Shown piece after piece: positions 32,120 through 43,025 of a stretch of 64,000 nt of DNA. The stretch is from Calditrichia bacterium (GTDB lineage: Bacteria; Calditrichota; Calditrichia; JAJRVZ01), in contig CAWCNS010000005.1 of assembly GCA_963796965.1 (NCBI GenBank), positions 576,001-640,000 of the forward strand, given 5' to 3'. A program made the translations under genes and the position numbers. How positions within the stretch are numbered: the stretch's first letter is position 1; every line of letters begins with the position of its first letter. Below the pieces are notes generated by a model, which was given only the letters and a program-made list of their open reading frames with translations, was not told the origin of the DNA and searched no databases.

Positions 32120-33502
32120 TTATAATCCATAGGATTCCTTCAAAAACATGTTACCATAAAGCCCACTGGTATAGTCAATCGCTTCTTTTTCATCCAGGGG
32201 TAATCCTTCAATTTCACCACGATACCTGTCAAGCCATTGTTTTTCCACATCAGATAGATTTATTTTTCCGGTGGAAATATTTTGTGTTATACTATCGAAT
32301 GCTGCCTCAACAGCAGATTTAGTCCTTAGGTAGCCACTACTCTCACCAACAATTGCCCGGGCAATTTTTATAACCTCAGCCGGGTCTAGCATGAGAGCTT
32401 CCACATTTTCCCCTACATCACTTTCGACCAACCAGTTTCTCAACTTTAGACTTTCTTTTGCCTTTATTGAAGTGTTGAACAATCTACAGTCATAGGCAAG
32501 CAACTCCAGGTATGCCTCCGGTGCAGATCCACTTAACAACTGTATATTTTGAACCGATTCATTACTCCAAAGATCCGCAGTGGCGCCGGCAATATTACCC
32601 AGAGGGCTAAAATGGGCGCAACTTGATGATTTTCCTTCCATGCTGATAGGGTAGCCGGTTATTGCTTTAATAATCGGCCCCTCATAAGCACAGTCTTTTG
32701 ACGGACCCACCGCCCCTTGCTCATAGGCGACCAAACTACGGGGAGCGGATGCTGCCCTGTCAAGAGCTGCTAACACAGAGGGGATCATACCCTTTCCGGC
32801 TAATTGCATGGCCGTATTGGAAAAACCACAAGCGGTATCTCCACCGGCAATAACATTGTGCTTTTTAGCGATTGTAGATATTTCCTTCCAAAGGAATTCC
32901 ATGTCTCGGGCCCCAAATGACCCAAGTGCTACTACAATCCCCTTTAAATCACCATAGAGAAGAGCCTGGTCGTGCACCTCCTTACCCCCTACCGATTCGA
33001 TAGACAAGATATCTGCACCAGCCTGGGCGGCACAAACAAATGCTTCGTGTGTTAATTCCCAATATCTGCCACTTCTTAATAAGGGAGGCCGGTCGGCATC
33101 TCTTAAGTCAACTACTGTAACCCTGAGAGCATTGGGAATTCCATGGGATTCATAGAGCGCAGTTAAAGCATCCTTTAATATCTTCGTTATTTCCGCACCC
33201 CATTGCGGATGCTCCGTCATCGGGGGTAATTGTTCAAACTCAACGACTAAACCAGGTAAACCAAGTTTAACAGATCTTGTCGAGATAACTTCGGCAATAT
33301 TACGATAATGGTCAAGAACTTCCCCCCAGGTTTGTTCTTCAATTTTCATCGTGGGGAGGGTAAAATTTATTTCCGGGTAGACCTGACCACCACCTATTTT
33401 TAGACCATGACCACATTCTACCGGATGAGTTGCCACCCCGAATACAAGTTCATCAGGATTGTTAATTGTTAATTTATTGTATTTATTATCTTTAGCAGAC
33501 AT
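32120..33502 (-). CDS. mtaB: Methanol:corrinoid methyltransferase MtaB-family protein
   Basis: 460 aa; SIESVGGKE, GDTACGFSNTA, GPSKDCAYEG, EGKSSSCAH, DLWSNESV retain the Glu/Cys/Cys zinc-ligand motifs of MtaB. Confidence 0.9.
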   Translation of the reverse strand: MSAKDNKYNKLTINNPDELVFGVATHPVECGHGLKIGGGQVYPEINFTLPTMKIEEQTWGEVLDHYRNIAEVISTRSVKLGLPGLVVEFEQLPPMTEHPQWGAEITKILKDALTALYESHGIPNALRVTVVDLRDADRPPLLRSGRYWELTHEAFVCAAQAGADILSIESVGGKEVHDQALLYGDLKGIVVALGSFGARDMEFLWKEISTIAKKHNVIAGGDTACGFSNTAMQLAGKGMIPSVLAALDRAASAPRSLVAYEQGAVGPSKDCAYEGPIIKAITGYPISMEGKSSSCAHFSPLGNIAGATADLWSNESVQNIQLLSGSAPEAYLELLAYDCRLFNTSIKAKESLKLRNWLVESDVGENVEALMLDPAEVIKIARAIVGESSGYLRTKSAVEAAFDSITQNISTGKINLSDVEKQWLDRYRGEIEGLPLDEKEAIDYTSGLYGNMFLKESYGL

Positions 33503-33668
33503 ACTTTCCCCCTGAATGTATTATGCTCTTTTATCAGAACTGAATTATGTAGAAAATTCTCTCACAAAGCCGCTAAGACGCAGAGCAATAAGTTTATACC
33601 GATTTCTAACCATGGGTGTTCGGTTTAAAAGAAGACTCAATATTTTAATAAAATTTCTCATTCAAAAT

Positions 33669-33694
33669 CCCCTTCTCTTCTTAATGAGAAGGGG
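33669..33694. repeat. GC-rich hairpin (CCCCT...AGGGG family)
   Basis: ccccttctc-ttcttaat-gagaagggg, 9-bp stem; related nested hairpin at 55504-55562; family A left arm at 33557-33585. Confidence 0.6.
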
Positions 33695-33833
33695 CTCCTC
33701 TAGACAAAACTCTTATAAAAATAAATCTTGCATCTCTCCGAAATTATAAATCAATATAATTATTTTTTATTTAACAAAATTCCTTGAAAGGAATTTGAAG
33801 ATGCAAAAGCAATACTCTTCACATCCTCCTAGC

Positions 33834-34970
33834 TTAAATTTTGACAATGTTTTTATTATAGCCATCAACTAGTTTATCTACTAACCGAACTCTTTCGATA
33901 TCCCCTGTTGATGATATTTCATCTGAAATCCCTAATATCAATTTGGGGGCAAACATCTCAATTATTTTTTCAGTGCATTCTATAAGAATCTCTTCTGAAT
34001 ATATATCATCAAAATAAATGGCCGGAATGCCATCTAATAAAAAGACTTCATCACCCAAAGCGTCTTTGATTTCTTCTAAGGTAACATCACCTTGCGGTAG
34101 GGGTGTAATGGCTTCAATTCCATCAAGTCCTGTTTCCTTCGCATAGCGGAGAAGCGGTCCGGTATCGCCATCCCAATGCGAACAGCAAAATTTCCCCGCT
34201 GCATGCAATTTATCACAGCGTCTTTGACAGGCAGGCAAATGATATTTTAGAAAAAGATCGGGAGAGAGTGTTCCGGAATGGACATTCTCACCAAAATTAA
34301 TAATATCGATTGGCGACTGGTTAACCACCTCAATCAATCTGTCCTGGCATTCCTCTAACTTTTGAAAAAATGTTTCGATTTGATCAGGCCAATCATAGAG
34401 GGCATAAACCCCTTTTTCAACACCCATTTTGTCCAGATACAAATTTTGGATATTCATGCGGGGCATGAATATAGTTGGTGCACCTAAACCCTCAGTTGCC
34501 TTCAACCAGTGATCATATTGCTCCTGATCCCATTCCCAGGTAGCATTTTCTTCCCGCCATGTGACCACTTTTAACTCCTCAAGGGAATCCACCTCCCATT
34601 TTAGTGTAATGGGATGCGCGCTATTAACCGATTTCCTGTGAATGGCCGTTTGCTTTCCCACCGGTGTATGTACAATGGTTTCCACATCTGTTTCGTTTAA
34701 TTGGACCTGTTCAAAACGAACCCCGGGATGTTCCAAACGCTTAAAGCATGAGTTAAATTCATAAAGTCTCGCCGAAACACCTAATGCATAATAGACATCA
34801 TGGAAATCCAATCCCGTATAGGGAGCAGGCAAGCCACTTCTATCAAATATTTTATCGCTATACCAGCAACCGATGCGGGGCTGCCAGATGATCTGCCCTT
34901 CTGCTTTCCCAAATGCCACATTTTTATGCAGTTCCGGCAGATTCTTGTTTAGTAACTCGGTTTTCGTCAA
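33834..34970 (-). CDS. UROD/MetE-like family protein 2
   Basis: HTPVGK, INFGEN, LSPDLFLKY, SHWDG, DGIEAITPLPQGDV, LLDGIP, LILGISDE; probable TTG start 34970 after AAGGA. Confidence 0.8.
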   Translation of the reverse strand: MTKTELLNKNLPELHKNVAFGKAEGQIIWQPRIGCWYSDKIFDRSGLPAPYTGLDFHDVYYALGVSARLYEFNSCFKRLEHPGVRFEQVQLNETDVETIVHTPVGKQTAIHRKSVNSAHPITLKWEVDSLEELKVVTWREENATWEWDQEQYDHWLKATEGLGAPTIFMPRMNIQNLYLDKMGVEKGVYALYDWPDQIETFFQKLEECQDRLIEVVNQSPIDIINFGENVHSGTLSPDLFLKYHLPACQRRCDKLHAAGKFCCSHWDGDTGPLLRYAKETGLDGIEAITPLPQGDVTLEEIKDALGDEVFLLDGIPAIYFDDIYSEEILIECTEKIIEMFAPKLILGISDEISSTGDIERVRLVDKLVDGYNKNIVKI

Positions 34971-34981
34971 TGATGAATCCT

Positions 34982-35854
34982 TTAATTTTTGAAAATTGAA
35001 GAAAAAAGTAAGGGGCATACTTTATTATCCGTATAATCAGGAACCCCATCAACCTTATTAGCCAGGTGGTCATTACCATGATCAGCAAGACTACCATCCT
35101 CGTAGAAATACCTTTGGTATCGATTTGTCTCATCCTGTAAATGTACAGCAATCGATCGACGTGGCTGTTTACTGAGATTTGGTCCACTACCATGAATGGT
35201 TAAACAATTATGAAAACTGACACATCCTTTTGGCAGTATCATCGGAACTTTTTTGACTCGCTGCCCGCCGGTTACAAATCTTTTTTCAAGACTATCCAAT
35301 TCGCTACTAAAAAAATCCAGGTCCTGTGTATTATCCGGCCAATGTTTACTGCCTTCTATCATCGTAATCGTGCCCGTGGTCTCATCACAATCATGAAAAG
35401 GAATCCAGGCCGTCAACATTGAATCAGACGTGCATGTTTTCCAATACATGCGATCGTTATGCCAACCAACATTTGATTTTAAATCAGATATCTGGGGTGG
35501 TTTAAAAAGTAATTGATCATGCCATAAGCGGATTTGGGATGAACCGGTTAATTTGCCTGCAATCGCGCCCAGAACTGGTTTTGTAATTAACTTCTGCAAA
35601 GCCAAATTAAAAAAAGATGCATAATCTGTTTTACGCAATCCCTCTCCAAAATTTACCGCAGGCATAAAAGTATGAAAGGGATCTGATCCCGGTCGATCAA
35701 GATCGTTCCGGTAAATTCTCTCCATTCCTTCCAATGCAAGATCTATTTCCTGCTCTGTGTAAATTGGTTTAGATATATAATAACCAGATTTTTGGTAGAA
35801 TTCTACATCTTCTATATCTGGAAGTAAATGAGTATAAGATTCCATAAGTCTCAC
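34982..35854 (-). CDS. Phytanoyl-CoA dioxygenase (PhyH) family Fe(II)/2-oxoglutarate oxygenase
   Basis: DQLLFKPP, WHND (HxD), TAWIP, HGSGPN.S..PRR. Confidence 0.88.
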   Translation of the reverse strand: MRLMESYTHLLPDIEDVEFYQKSGYYISKPIYTEQEIDLALEGMERIYRNDLDRPGSDPFHTFMPAVNFGEGLRKTDYASFFNLALQKLITKPVLGAIAGKLTGSSQIRLWHDQLLFKPPQISDLKSNVGWHNDRMYWKTCTSDSMLTAWIPFHDCDETTGTITMIEGSKHWPDNTQDLDFFSSELDSLEKRFVTGGQRVKKVPMILPKGCVSFHNCLTIHGSGPNLSKQPRRSIAVHLQDETNRYQRYFYEDGSLADHGNDHLANKVDGVPDYTDNKVCPLLFSSIFKN

Positions 35855-35858
35855 CTAA

Positions 35859-36913
35859 TTATTGTGCTTCAAGTTTTCTGATTTGCTGGCCGGCCTGAAC
35901 CATTGCCAAATAACCTTCAACGGGTACATAATCCGGGATTGAATTACCGGAACCAAGCGCATAACCCTGTGCATTATTTCGAAACTGCAGGCCTAATTCC
36001 ACTACTGTTTTATAAATTTCATCTGAAGTTTGAAGACAAAGCAGATCAACATCAATCCCTCCAACCAGAGCAATCCGATCGCCAAAGAGAGAAATCCACT
36101 TTTCAAACGGGGCGATGGCATCTTCATTAGAATGTTTCCCGTTAATTCCAAGTTGGATAACGTCGTCCATAATGCTAAATATATTACCACAAGAATGCCA
36201 GAGAAATGGGCGGCCTGCATTATGGATTAGATTTATTATCCTGTAATACTGGGGAATGATATGTTGTTTAATATGATCCGGACTGACTAACGTACTCGTT
36301 TTAAAACCCAGATCATCTCCAAAGCGGCAAATCGCAAATGTATCATGATATCGATGTAGAAATTCGGACCAAATTTCTGTCATCAAGTCGCCAATTCTTA
36401 AATATATCCCCGTATAAAGATCCGGATCATTCATCATCATATAAGCCAGATATTCGAAACCAACCAAATCCTCACTTATTTCAAACACACCATTCCCAAC
36501 ACCGCCTATTGCTTTCATTCCATTGGGCATGCATTCAGCAAGCGCATCAAACATTGGCTTGGCCAGTTTCCAATATCGTTCTGGCAATTCATCCCAGGGA
36601 AACTTGTTAAAATCTTCTCGGTTTTGAATTGGGCCGGGTTTCCCCCCATAATAGCGCCACTATCCGGTAGGATATCAATTATTCCCACTTCAAATGAAAC
36701 TGTATCATAGGTCATTTCTTTAAAAAAGCGACAATACTGGGTAAAAAATTCCCTCTTATCAACTTCATTGCCATTTGCCAGCGTCGCAAACTGTACATTC
36801 AGAATTTTTTCCATGATTGAAGGACTGATGATATGCTCATACAATGGTAGTCGCTCCGGACGCTTATTGTCCAAAACATCCAGCATGTGATGATAATCTG
36901 GTTGGAATGCCAT
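35859..36913 (-). CDS. UROD/MetE-like family protein 3; frameshift near 36590-36640
   Basis: PERLPLYEH; GDDLGFK, WHSCGN, GGIDVD, YALGSGNSIP (ORFs 36515-36913 and 35859-36587). Confidence 0.82.
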
Positions 36914-36915
36914 AG

Positions 36916-39900
36916 TTATTCTCTCATTTCTGCCCGCAGGGTTACGATGGAACCTGCCGGTACTTTTATCACTTCATTTGTTTTGCTTAACGGTCTCTCA
37001 CTCAAATCACTGAGCCAAATGCCAATGGGTTTCGGCTCCGACCAGATAATGGATGCCGATTCGTCTTTACCAGAGGCTGAATATAAACGCAGGATGAGTG
37101 CCTTTTTATCTTTACTTGGCTTCAAAGCAGTAATGATGACTGCTTCATTATTCAATTTTAATCTTGACTCTATGCTGGCTTCTTTTCTAGCTGACATGAC
37201 GAGCAAGGGCTGGCTTATTTCGATGGCAAATTTCATGACCTTTTCGGGATCATATTCAGCATGAGGTTGCAAAGCATATCGGAAAGTTACAAGACCCTCC
37301 TGATAGGCTTTGTAGTTAGTATGCCAATGATTATTCATAACCCACGAATAAAAATTTTGAGCAGGATCGACCGTGTGACGCCAATAGCCCAATTTTCTCT
37401 GCTCGGAAAGATTTCCTAATATATTTCCAGAGATTTCCCCAACTTCCACCATGGGTGCGTCCAGGTTAGCCCAGGTAATACCATGTTTATCATTGGAGAC
37501 ATCTATAAATCGTTGAACGGTAAACCAATTTTTGCAGGCACTTGGTATTTGATCCACCTCCGGCTGCATTACAACATAAGGAATATCTAAACGCATTATA
37601 CCTTGCGGAATATTAAGAGGAAAACTAAAATGCAGTCCTTCCTTACCATTTTTTCGTGCAAAATCATAATCTCCTGCCTTTGGCTCAGATTTCGCACGGC
37701 TTTTATCAACTGTATTAATTATATTCAAATGAGAGACTCCTTCAGCAAGGCGGATCTCGCGTTTGAGCAGATTACACCCCGGTGCCTCAGACTCAACAAT
37801 TATTGAAGAAATCAAAGGTCCTTTTTCTTCTATCGTAATTTTCGTCTTGCCGGAAGTTTGAATATCTTTCAGGTCTTTTCCCGGTAAGAAAAGATACTGG
37901 TTTAATTGTTCGCCTTTACTTAAATCCACAAGGTTCTCACTGTTTCCCTTTTTATAAATTGCGGCAATATTCCCTGTCTTTTGATCCAACACAACTTTTA
38001 GATTATCATTTTCCAAAGACCACTCATCAATCTTTAGAGAAGATCTTTCCGCAATGGATTCACCTTCTGAAATGGTATATCTTTGTGAAGAATATGGCGG
38101 AATCATTTCGACCTTAAATACTAGCTCACCTCCGGATAGTCTCTGCGAAGACAGGATATTACCTTCGGAGTCTGAGATGCGGTTCCCACTCATTGACAAT
38201 TCTTTAGGGACAGAAACCATACCACCACGGGACCATGAATTCAGATTATAGATATCAATCCTGGAGGATTGATTATCACTATTTTCACAATTTAGTGAAT
38301 TAATCAGCTCATAGGACTGTTTTTCGCCCTGAATGGCATAAGCCTGTTTTAACTCCCATTGATCTTTTGTTTTTTTACTCTCAGGTTCCGAGACACTTAT
38401 ATCAGCTCCCCATGTATGTTCAGAGTACATCATAATATTTTTCCAGGCCGTATCAAATCTCTCTTTGGGGAATCCCTGCGGATTGACCAAAGCCCAGAGT
38501 ACTTCTGCCTGAGTGAGTCTTTCTGATGAGGACCTGTTCACCGCCGTCTCCCGGGCAGATGAGGCCGCACCATCTTCCCAGTATGGTGTCCAATCCCCTC
38601 GTACCTGCTCTATCTGATCTCCGTACAACTTCTCAAATTTCTCAAATACCTCAACCGTAGTTGAGAGCTTAATTGTTGGCGACTTGTACTTTTGATTCCA
38701 TTCTTTAATAGATTCAGACAAGTGCTGTTCCGGCCCCCAATTATCGCCCTGCCCACTCCAACGCATGTATGTCATGTCATAGGGATATTCCGTTTCGGTT
38801 AGTCTGGTCATGATGTCATAAATATTTTCTTCTCTCAATTTATTTCCAAGTATATGGGCAAGACCATATCCCTGATAAGGAATCCAAACGAGCACTTTTT
38901 CATTTTTCGATGGCCCGATCCAATAGAAAGGCTTATCTTCCCAGGTGGCCAGAATTGTTCCAATGCGGTCAAAATAATTTGGCGCCGTAGAAAAGTATTT
39001 TACTCCGGCATGATGCATTGCGGAAACTAATCCCCAGGTTTGACCGGGTATATCACTGATCATTGCTGAGGAAACAGGCGATAAATCATATTTTTCAGCC
39101 ACCTCACTTGAGTAAGCAAAAAGTTGAAGCAATTCCTCCGGACGACATAATCCGGAAAGTACATTATTATACATACCCTCCAAACCAATATCACCGTTGC
39201 GAATGGCTTTTATGACACGTTCACATTTTTCAGGCGGTTGAGATTTCAAATATGAATCAAGAGCCCAGGAGACCTCAATATTCCATTTATATTTAGCGCC
39301 CTCTGGATATTTACTGGTCGCCTCAATGATCTCTAATGCCTGATCGATAAATTGAATATGTTTTTTCTGTACCTCCGTTTGAAGTTCCGTATAACCTATA
39401 TCTGTATGGGAATGGGGAAGAACGTAAATCTCCATCTGACGGCAGGGAGCAAAATCTATCTTTGTTTTTATTTTCGGGCGATTTTTTACCTGAAGTTCAA
39501 TTTCCAAACTTTCCTTTTCCCGAACCTCTGGCACATTTATTATAATTCTGTTTACACCTAATTTTATTTCTCCTGAAAAATTTGTTCCCTGACTGGTAGT
39601 AACAGATATTTCAGTAGGATCACCCAGATAGTTGTAATCAACAATAATAGGTCGTTTATTATCATTCAACAGAACAGCTGGAGCAGTGGCACGAACGTTC
39701 TCACTAAAATCATATTTAAAAGTCATATACCAGGCGCTGCTTTTGGCATTCTCTCCCACAATCTTCAGATTAATTGATTCACCAGGTGATAACAACGATC
39801 TTTGTATGGTCAAAGTCGCAATCCCATGCAAATCATCATGTTGATCAACCATCGTTCCCCTGAAATTTAATTTCGTCGCATTACTCCCTTGAACCTGCCA

Positions 39901-40251
39901 TTCCTGCTCAATCGCCTCTGTCGGATTTTCAAATATTAATGATTTAACCTCATTGATAAAGAGGGTAAACTTTTTTGGATTGTCATTCACATCAATAGCA
40001 AAAAGCCATACAAATGTGATATCAGGCTCCGAAAAGTCAGCTGGTATCTTTTCAGTCTCCCAGGATATAGATTGCTGATCATACAGGGCACGCACAAGCA
40101 TGGAAGTACCCACACCGGGTATGGCGGAATGGTAACCAAAATCCTCCCCTGAGATCGTCTTTTTATAGCCACTATAGTTGGTCATTTCTTCGCTTCCCCC
40201 TGAAACAATATCTGCCATTCCGATGAATACTACGAAAAGAATTATGCTCAA
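36916..40251 (-). CDS. Secreted GH38-like (alpha-mannosidase N-terminal domain) glycoside hydrolase with extra N-terminal domain
   Basis: PHSHTDIGYT, KWNIE, SDIPG, DWTPYWEDG, EHTWG, WVMNNHWHTNY; ORF open to 40395 but the hydrophobic signal starts at TTG 40251 (start uncertain). Confidence 0.82.
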   Translation of the reverse strand: MSIILFVVFIGMADIVSGGSEEMTNYSGYKKTISGEDFGYHSAIPGVGTSMLVRALYDQQSISWETEKIPADFSEPDITFVWLFAIDVNDNPKKFTLFINEVKSLIFENPTEAIEQEWQVQGSNATKLNFRGTMVDQHDDLHGIATLTIQRSLLSPGESINLKIVGENAKSSAWYMTFKYDFSENVRATAPAVLLNDNKRPIIVDYNYLGDPTEISVTTSQGTNFSGEIKLGVNRIIINVPEVREKESLEIELQVKNRPKIKTKIDFAPCRQMEIYVLPHSHTDIGYTELQTEVQKKHIQFIDQALEIIEATSKYPEGAKYKWNIEVSWALDSYLKSQPPEKCERVIKAIRNGDIGLEGMYNNVLSGLCRPEELLQLFAYSSEVAEKYDLSPVSSAMISDIPGQTWGLVSAMHHAGVKYFSTAPNYFDRIGTILATWEDKPFYWIGPSKNEKVLVWIPYQGYGLAHILGNKLREENIYDIMTRLTETEYPYDMTYMRWSGQGDNWGPEQHLSESIKEWNQKYKSPTIKLSTTVEVFEKFEKLYGDQIEQVRGDWTPYWEDGAASSARETAVNRSSSERLTQAEVLWALVNPQGFPKERFDTAWKNIMMYSEHTWGADISVSEPESKKTKDQWELKQAYAIQGEKQSYELINSLNCENSDNQSSRIDIYNLNSWSRGGMVSVPKELSMSGNRISDSEGNILSSQRLSGGELVFKVEMIPPYSSQRYTISEGESIAERSSLKIDEWSLENDNLKVVLDQKTGNIAAIYKKGNSENLVDLSKGEQLNQYLFLPGKDLKDIQTSGKTKITIEEKGPLISSIIVESEAPGCNLLKREIRLAEGVSHLNIINTVDKSRAKSEPKAGDYDFARKNGKEGLHFSFPLNIPQGIMRLDIPYVVMQPEVDQIPSACKNWFTVQRFIDVSNDKHGITWANLDAPMVEVGEISGNILGNLSEQRKLGYWRHTVDPAQNFYSWVMNNHWHTNYKAYQEGLVTFRYALQPHAEYDPEKVMKFAIEISQPLLVMSARKEASIESRLKLNNEAVIITALKPSKDKKALILRLYSASGKDESASIIWSEPKPIGIWLSDLSERPLSKTNEVIKVPAGSIVTLRAEMRE

Positions 40252-40400
40252 TCTACTTATACTTCGTTCTTGCAAAGGCGCCAAGATATTCAAGACAAAA
40301 GAAAAAGGACAAAAGATAAAATTGGTGAAATTCGCTCTAATTCGTGAAATTCGTGGACAGATATTTTTATTAATTAATTGACGGTTCATAGACATCGTTC

Positions 40401-41727
40401 CTATTCTGTCAAAGGCTGTGCCCAGGCACGCAACATTTCAATTGAAGAAGCCAGGACACCGGCTGACCCGCGAAATTCCCCCGAACCGGTTGCCTTGCCA
40501 TCTACAGAATACCATTCATAAAAGCCATCATTTTTCAGGACCCGATCGATCATTGGCCGCAGCTCATCATAGGCTTCCTTAACAAATCCATATCGTATTA
40601 ACTGCTGAATCATCCTTCCCCCAAACCAGGTCCAGTCTCCACCATTCTGGTAACCATAGGGATACATACCCTTATTTTTGAAATATCCTTTTGGATAAGG
40701 TGGATACATAGTCAAACCAATTGAGGGTGCTCCTGAGGCTTTTACATTATCTAGCATTTGTTGATTTACAATTTTGATTTCTTGTTGGCTTAACAATCCC
40801 GCCTCAATTGCAACAGCGGTTCCACCATGGTAATGGATCTGGTTTTCATCAAAGTCATCAGGAAAAGGTGATCCATCTAAATATATATGAGGGATGAATT
40901 TCTTATTATCGTCATCCCACAAATGTTTTCGTACATTTGTGTGAATACTCTTTAAAATTTCTTTCCAATAACCATAACGCACATGTTCATCGCCAATCAG
41001 TGATAAATAATTTTCTATAGCAATCAAAAACATGGCATTGTCATAGATATCTATGGCATAATGTGTATCATCAGTAAAATACACTCCCCAATCATGTTCG
41101 GGTTGTACATCACCCCAATCAGCTGTGGTAGCTCCCCAGATGAGCCCATACGTCTGATTAAATCGCTCATTCATCAGAAACTGAAGTGCCAAGTCAAGGC
41201 GCTCAATAACAGATCTACCATCAACAGACTGCTGGAGAAATCTCGTATCACCGGTTCGTTCAATATATTTCCAGACCGCCTGGATAAGGCTGCTCTCCTG
41301 ATCGGTTTCTACTGTATTTTTATGTCCTGCAAATCCTGGCGCCAGGTCACTAAATATATAATCATAACCCGCTCCAGGCTTTTCCTTAAAAGGAACAAAT
41401 CCATCTATTATATTACCATCCTCGCCCTGAAATTTAAAAAACATCAACAGATTGTTTTGAACAGTTTCCCGGGGAAGAAGATCACAGGAAAGATTTATAA
41501 ACGTATTGTAATCGCGAATCCAGACTTCACTATATCCTGAACCTGCGGTAAACCCTGATTTTACAAGAACTTGGGCACGATCGTAAACTTCATCAAGGGT
41601 TCTATCATTAAGGATTATTTGTGCCAATTCTTTATCTGTTGATGTCATCAATTGATCTCCTTTATCTGAATCGCAAGACTATTAGTCCTATAGCCATTAT
41701 TAACCCAAATATAATATTCATATGCAT
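40401..41727 (-). CDS. Six-hairpin (alpha/alpha)6 glycoside hydrolase (GDE_C/trehalase-like), probable lipoprotein; 5' frameshift near 41675
   Basis: VWIRD, ETDQES, DWGDVQ, YQNGGDWTW, FYEWY; upstream frame MHMNIIFGLIMAIGLIV then SCDSDKG joins ORF 40401-41651. Confidence 0.75.
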
Positions 41728-41843
41728 TTCCTATACCTGATAATGCAGAAGTTCTCTAAATCATGCATTGCGCATAGAGCATGGCCTAGTTCGAAAATTA
41801 AAATTCTCGCCTTACTCCATGCGCTATGCACTATGCACTATGC

Positions 41844-43025
41844 CTATAATTTATCCATCACATTGACAATAGTTTCATAGTTTTTTAAGGCCGTATTTGA
41901 AAGTTTACGACCATAAGGACAGGAGGAAGGCAGTAGAACAAAACCCTTCCCCTCACCTCCGGCGCCTTCCTCAATTGCCCTAACTACTTTCATTTCCATT
42001 TGGTTTGCCGGAAGATTCTCGATATCACTTGCTTCCAGGTTGCCAAACAAGACCAGATCCTGACCATAATTTTTTCTCACATAGGCTAACTCAACATCCC
42101 CCTGAGATGGTGGCTCAATGGGATCAAGCCCCATACAACCGGTGGAGACAATATCATCCAAAATATCTTTAAGATTCCCATGAGAATGAATACGAGCAAA
42201 TCCGCCATATTTATGTATGGATTCCACCATGGCTGTGTCATACTTTACCACATATTCCCGGAAAAGAATTGGAGGTAGATGGGGAGGACTGGCAAATTCA
42301 GGGCCATATATACGCCATAAACGTCCGGGAAGCAGTTGTGCGACTAATTCAGTTTTAGTCTGAAGAAAGGTTGAAAATCGATCGAGTAAACGGCGGAACA
42401 ATTCCGGCTCCATCATAGCGATCATGGTATATGTTCCCAGGTCAAATAGTTCAGCGGCGAGGCATAGCGGATCGGGCGTATCGATCATCACAATCCCTGA
42501 TTCGCCTAATGCTCTCTCTGCCACTAATACACAAGAGATATCTGGTTCACCACTATATTCAATTACAGGCAGTTCAAGAAGGGTCTTTAGATCATCAACA
42601 TTCTTTAATAAGGGTTCTACGATCCATACCGTATTGACATCCGGATCCTGCCTGGTAGTTGAGGTCAGTACTCTGTCCTTTACTCTAACGGTGTTGTGTA
42701 TAAGCCGGTGGCCATGCTTATCCAACCTGAATGTGCTTTCAGTAAATTCCGCCAAGGGATTAAAAGGGACTCCCACCATAGAAATATCATCTGAGGAGAA
42801 ATTCTCTCCAGCCGATTTTATTTGGGGTACCTGACGCTGGACTATGCGATCTGTCTTTTCGCGGGTTAGTTCAATTAATGGTAACCAGGATGGATCACTA
42901 TAAATATTAAAAGGATCTCTATCATCAGGATCTTCGTCCAGGCCATTAATTTCATAAAAACTGACCGGTGGCCTGTCGACAGCTTCCCCCCGGAGTGTTG
43001 CCATTATTCTCTCACGCCTTGTCAT
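41844..43025 (-). CDS. UROD/MetE-like family protein 4
   Basis: MTRRERIMATLRGEAVDRPPV, GPEFASPP, RIHSHG, LDPIEPPSQGDV, LFGNLE, FVLLPSSCP. Confidence 0.85.
   Translation of the reverse strand: MTRRERIMATLRGEAVDRPPVSFYEINGLDEDPDDRDPFNIYSDPSWLPLIELTREKTDRIVQRQVPQIKSAGENFSSDDISMVGVPFNPLAEFTESTFRLDKHGHRLIHNTVRVKDRVLTSTTRQDPDVNTVWIVEPLLKNVDDLKTLLELPVIEYSGEPDISCVLVAERALGESGIVMIDTPDPLCLAAELFDLGTYTMIAMMEPELFRRLLDRFSTFLQTKTELVAQLLPGRLWRIYGPEFASPPHLPPILFREYVVKYDTAMVESIHKYGGFARIHSHGNLKDILDDIVSTGCMGLDPIEPPSQGDVELAYVRKNYGQDLVLFGNLEASDIENLPANQMEMKVVRAIEEGAGGEGKGFVLLPSSCPYGRKLSNTALKNYETIVNVMDKL

Noticed and set aside
33516..33749. 77-aa plus-strand ORF between mtaB and UROD 2, and similar short ORFs at 52124-52312 and 63239-63490
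   Set aside because: They run through repeat arms and have no recognisable motifs
33503..33833. Cobalamin riboswitch upstream of mtaB
   Set aside because: No recognisable B12-box or conserved core by eye; the region is explained by repeat arms and hairpins. An Rfam scan would be decisive.
29479..36913. Pyrrolysine read-through in the methyltransferase genes
   Set aside because: The breaks are frame changes, not in-frame TAG codons; no MttB/MtbB/MtmB or pyl genes are present
40252..40395. 48-aa N-terminal extension of the GH38-like ORF
   Set aside because: It is made of family D and AAAAG-type repeats and precedes the hydrophobic signal segment; probably not translated, though not excluded
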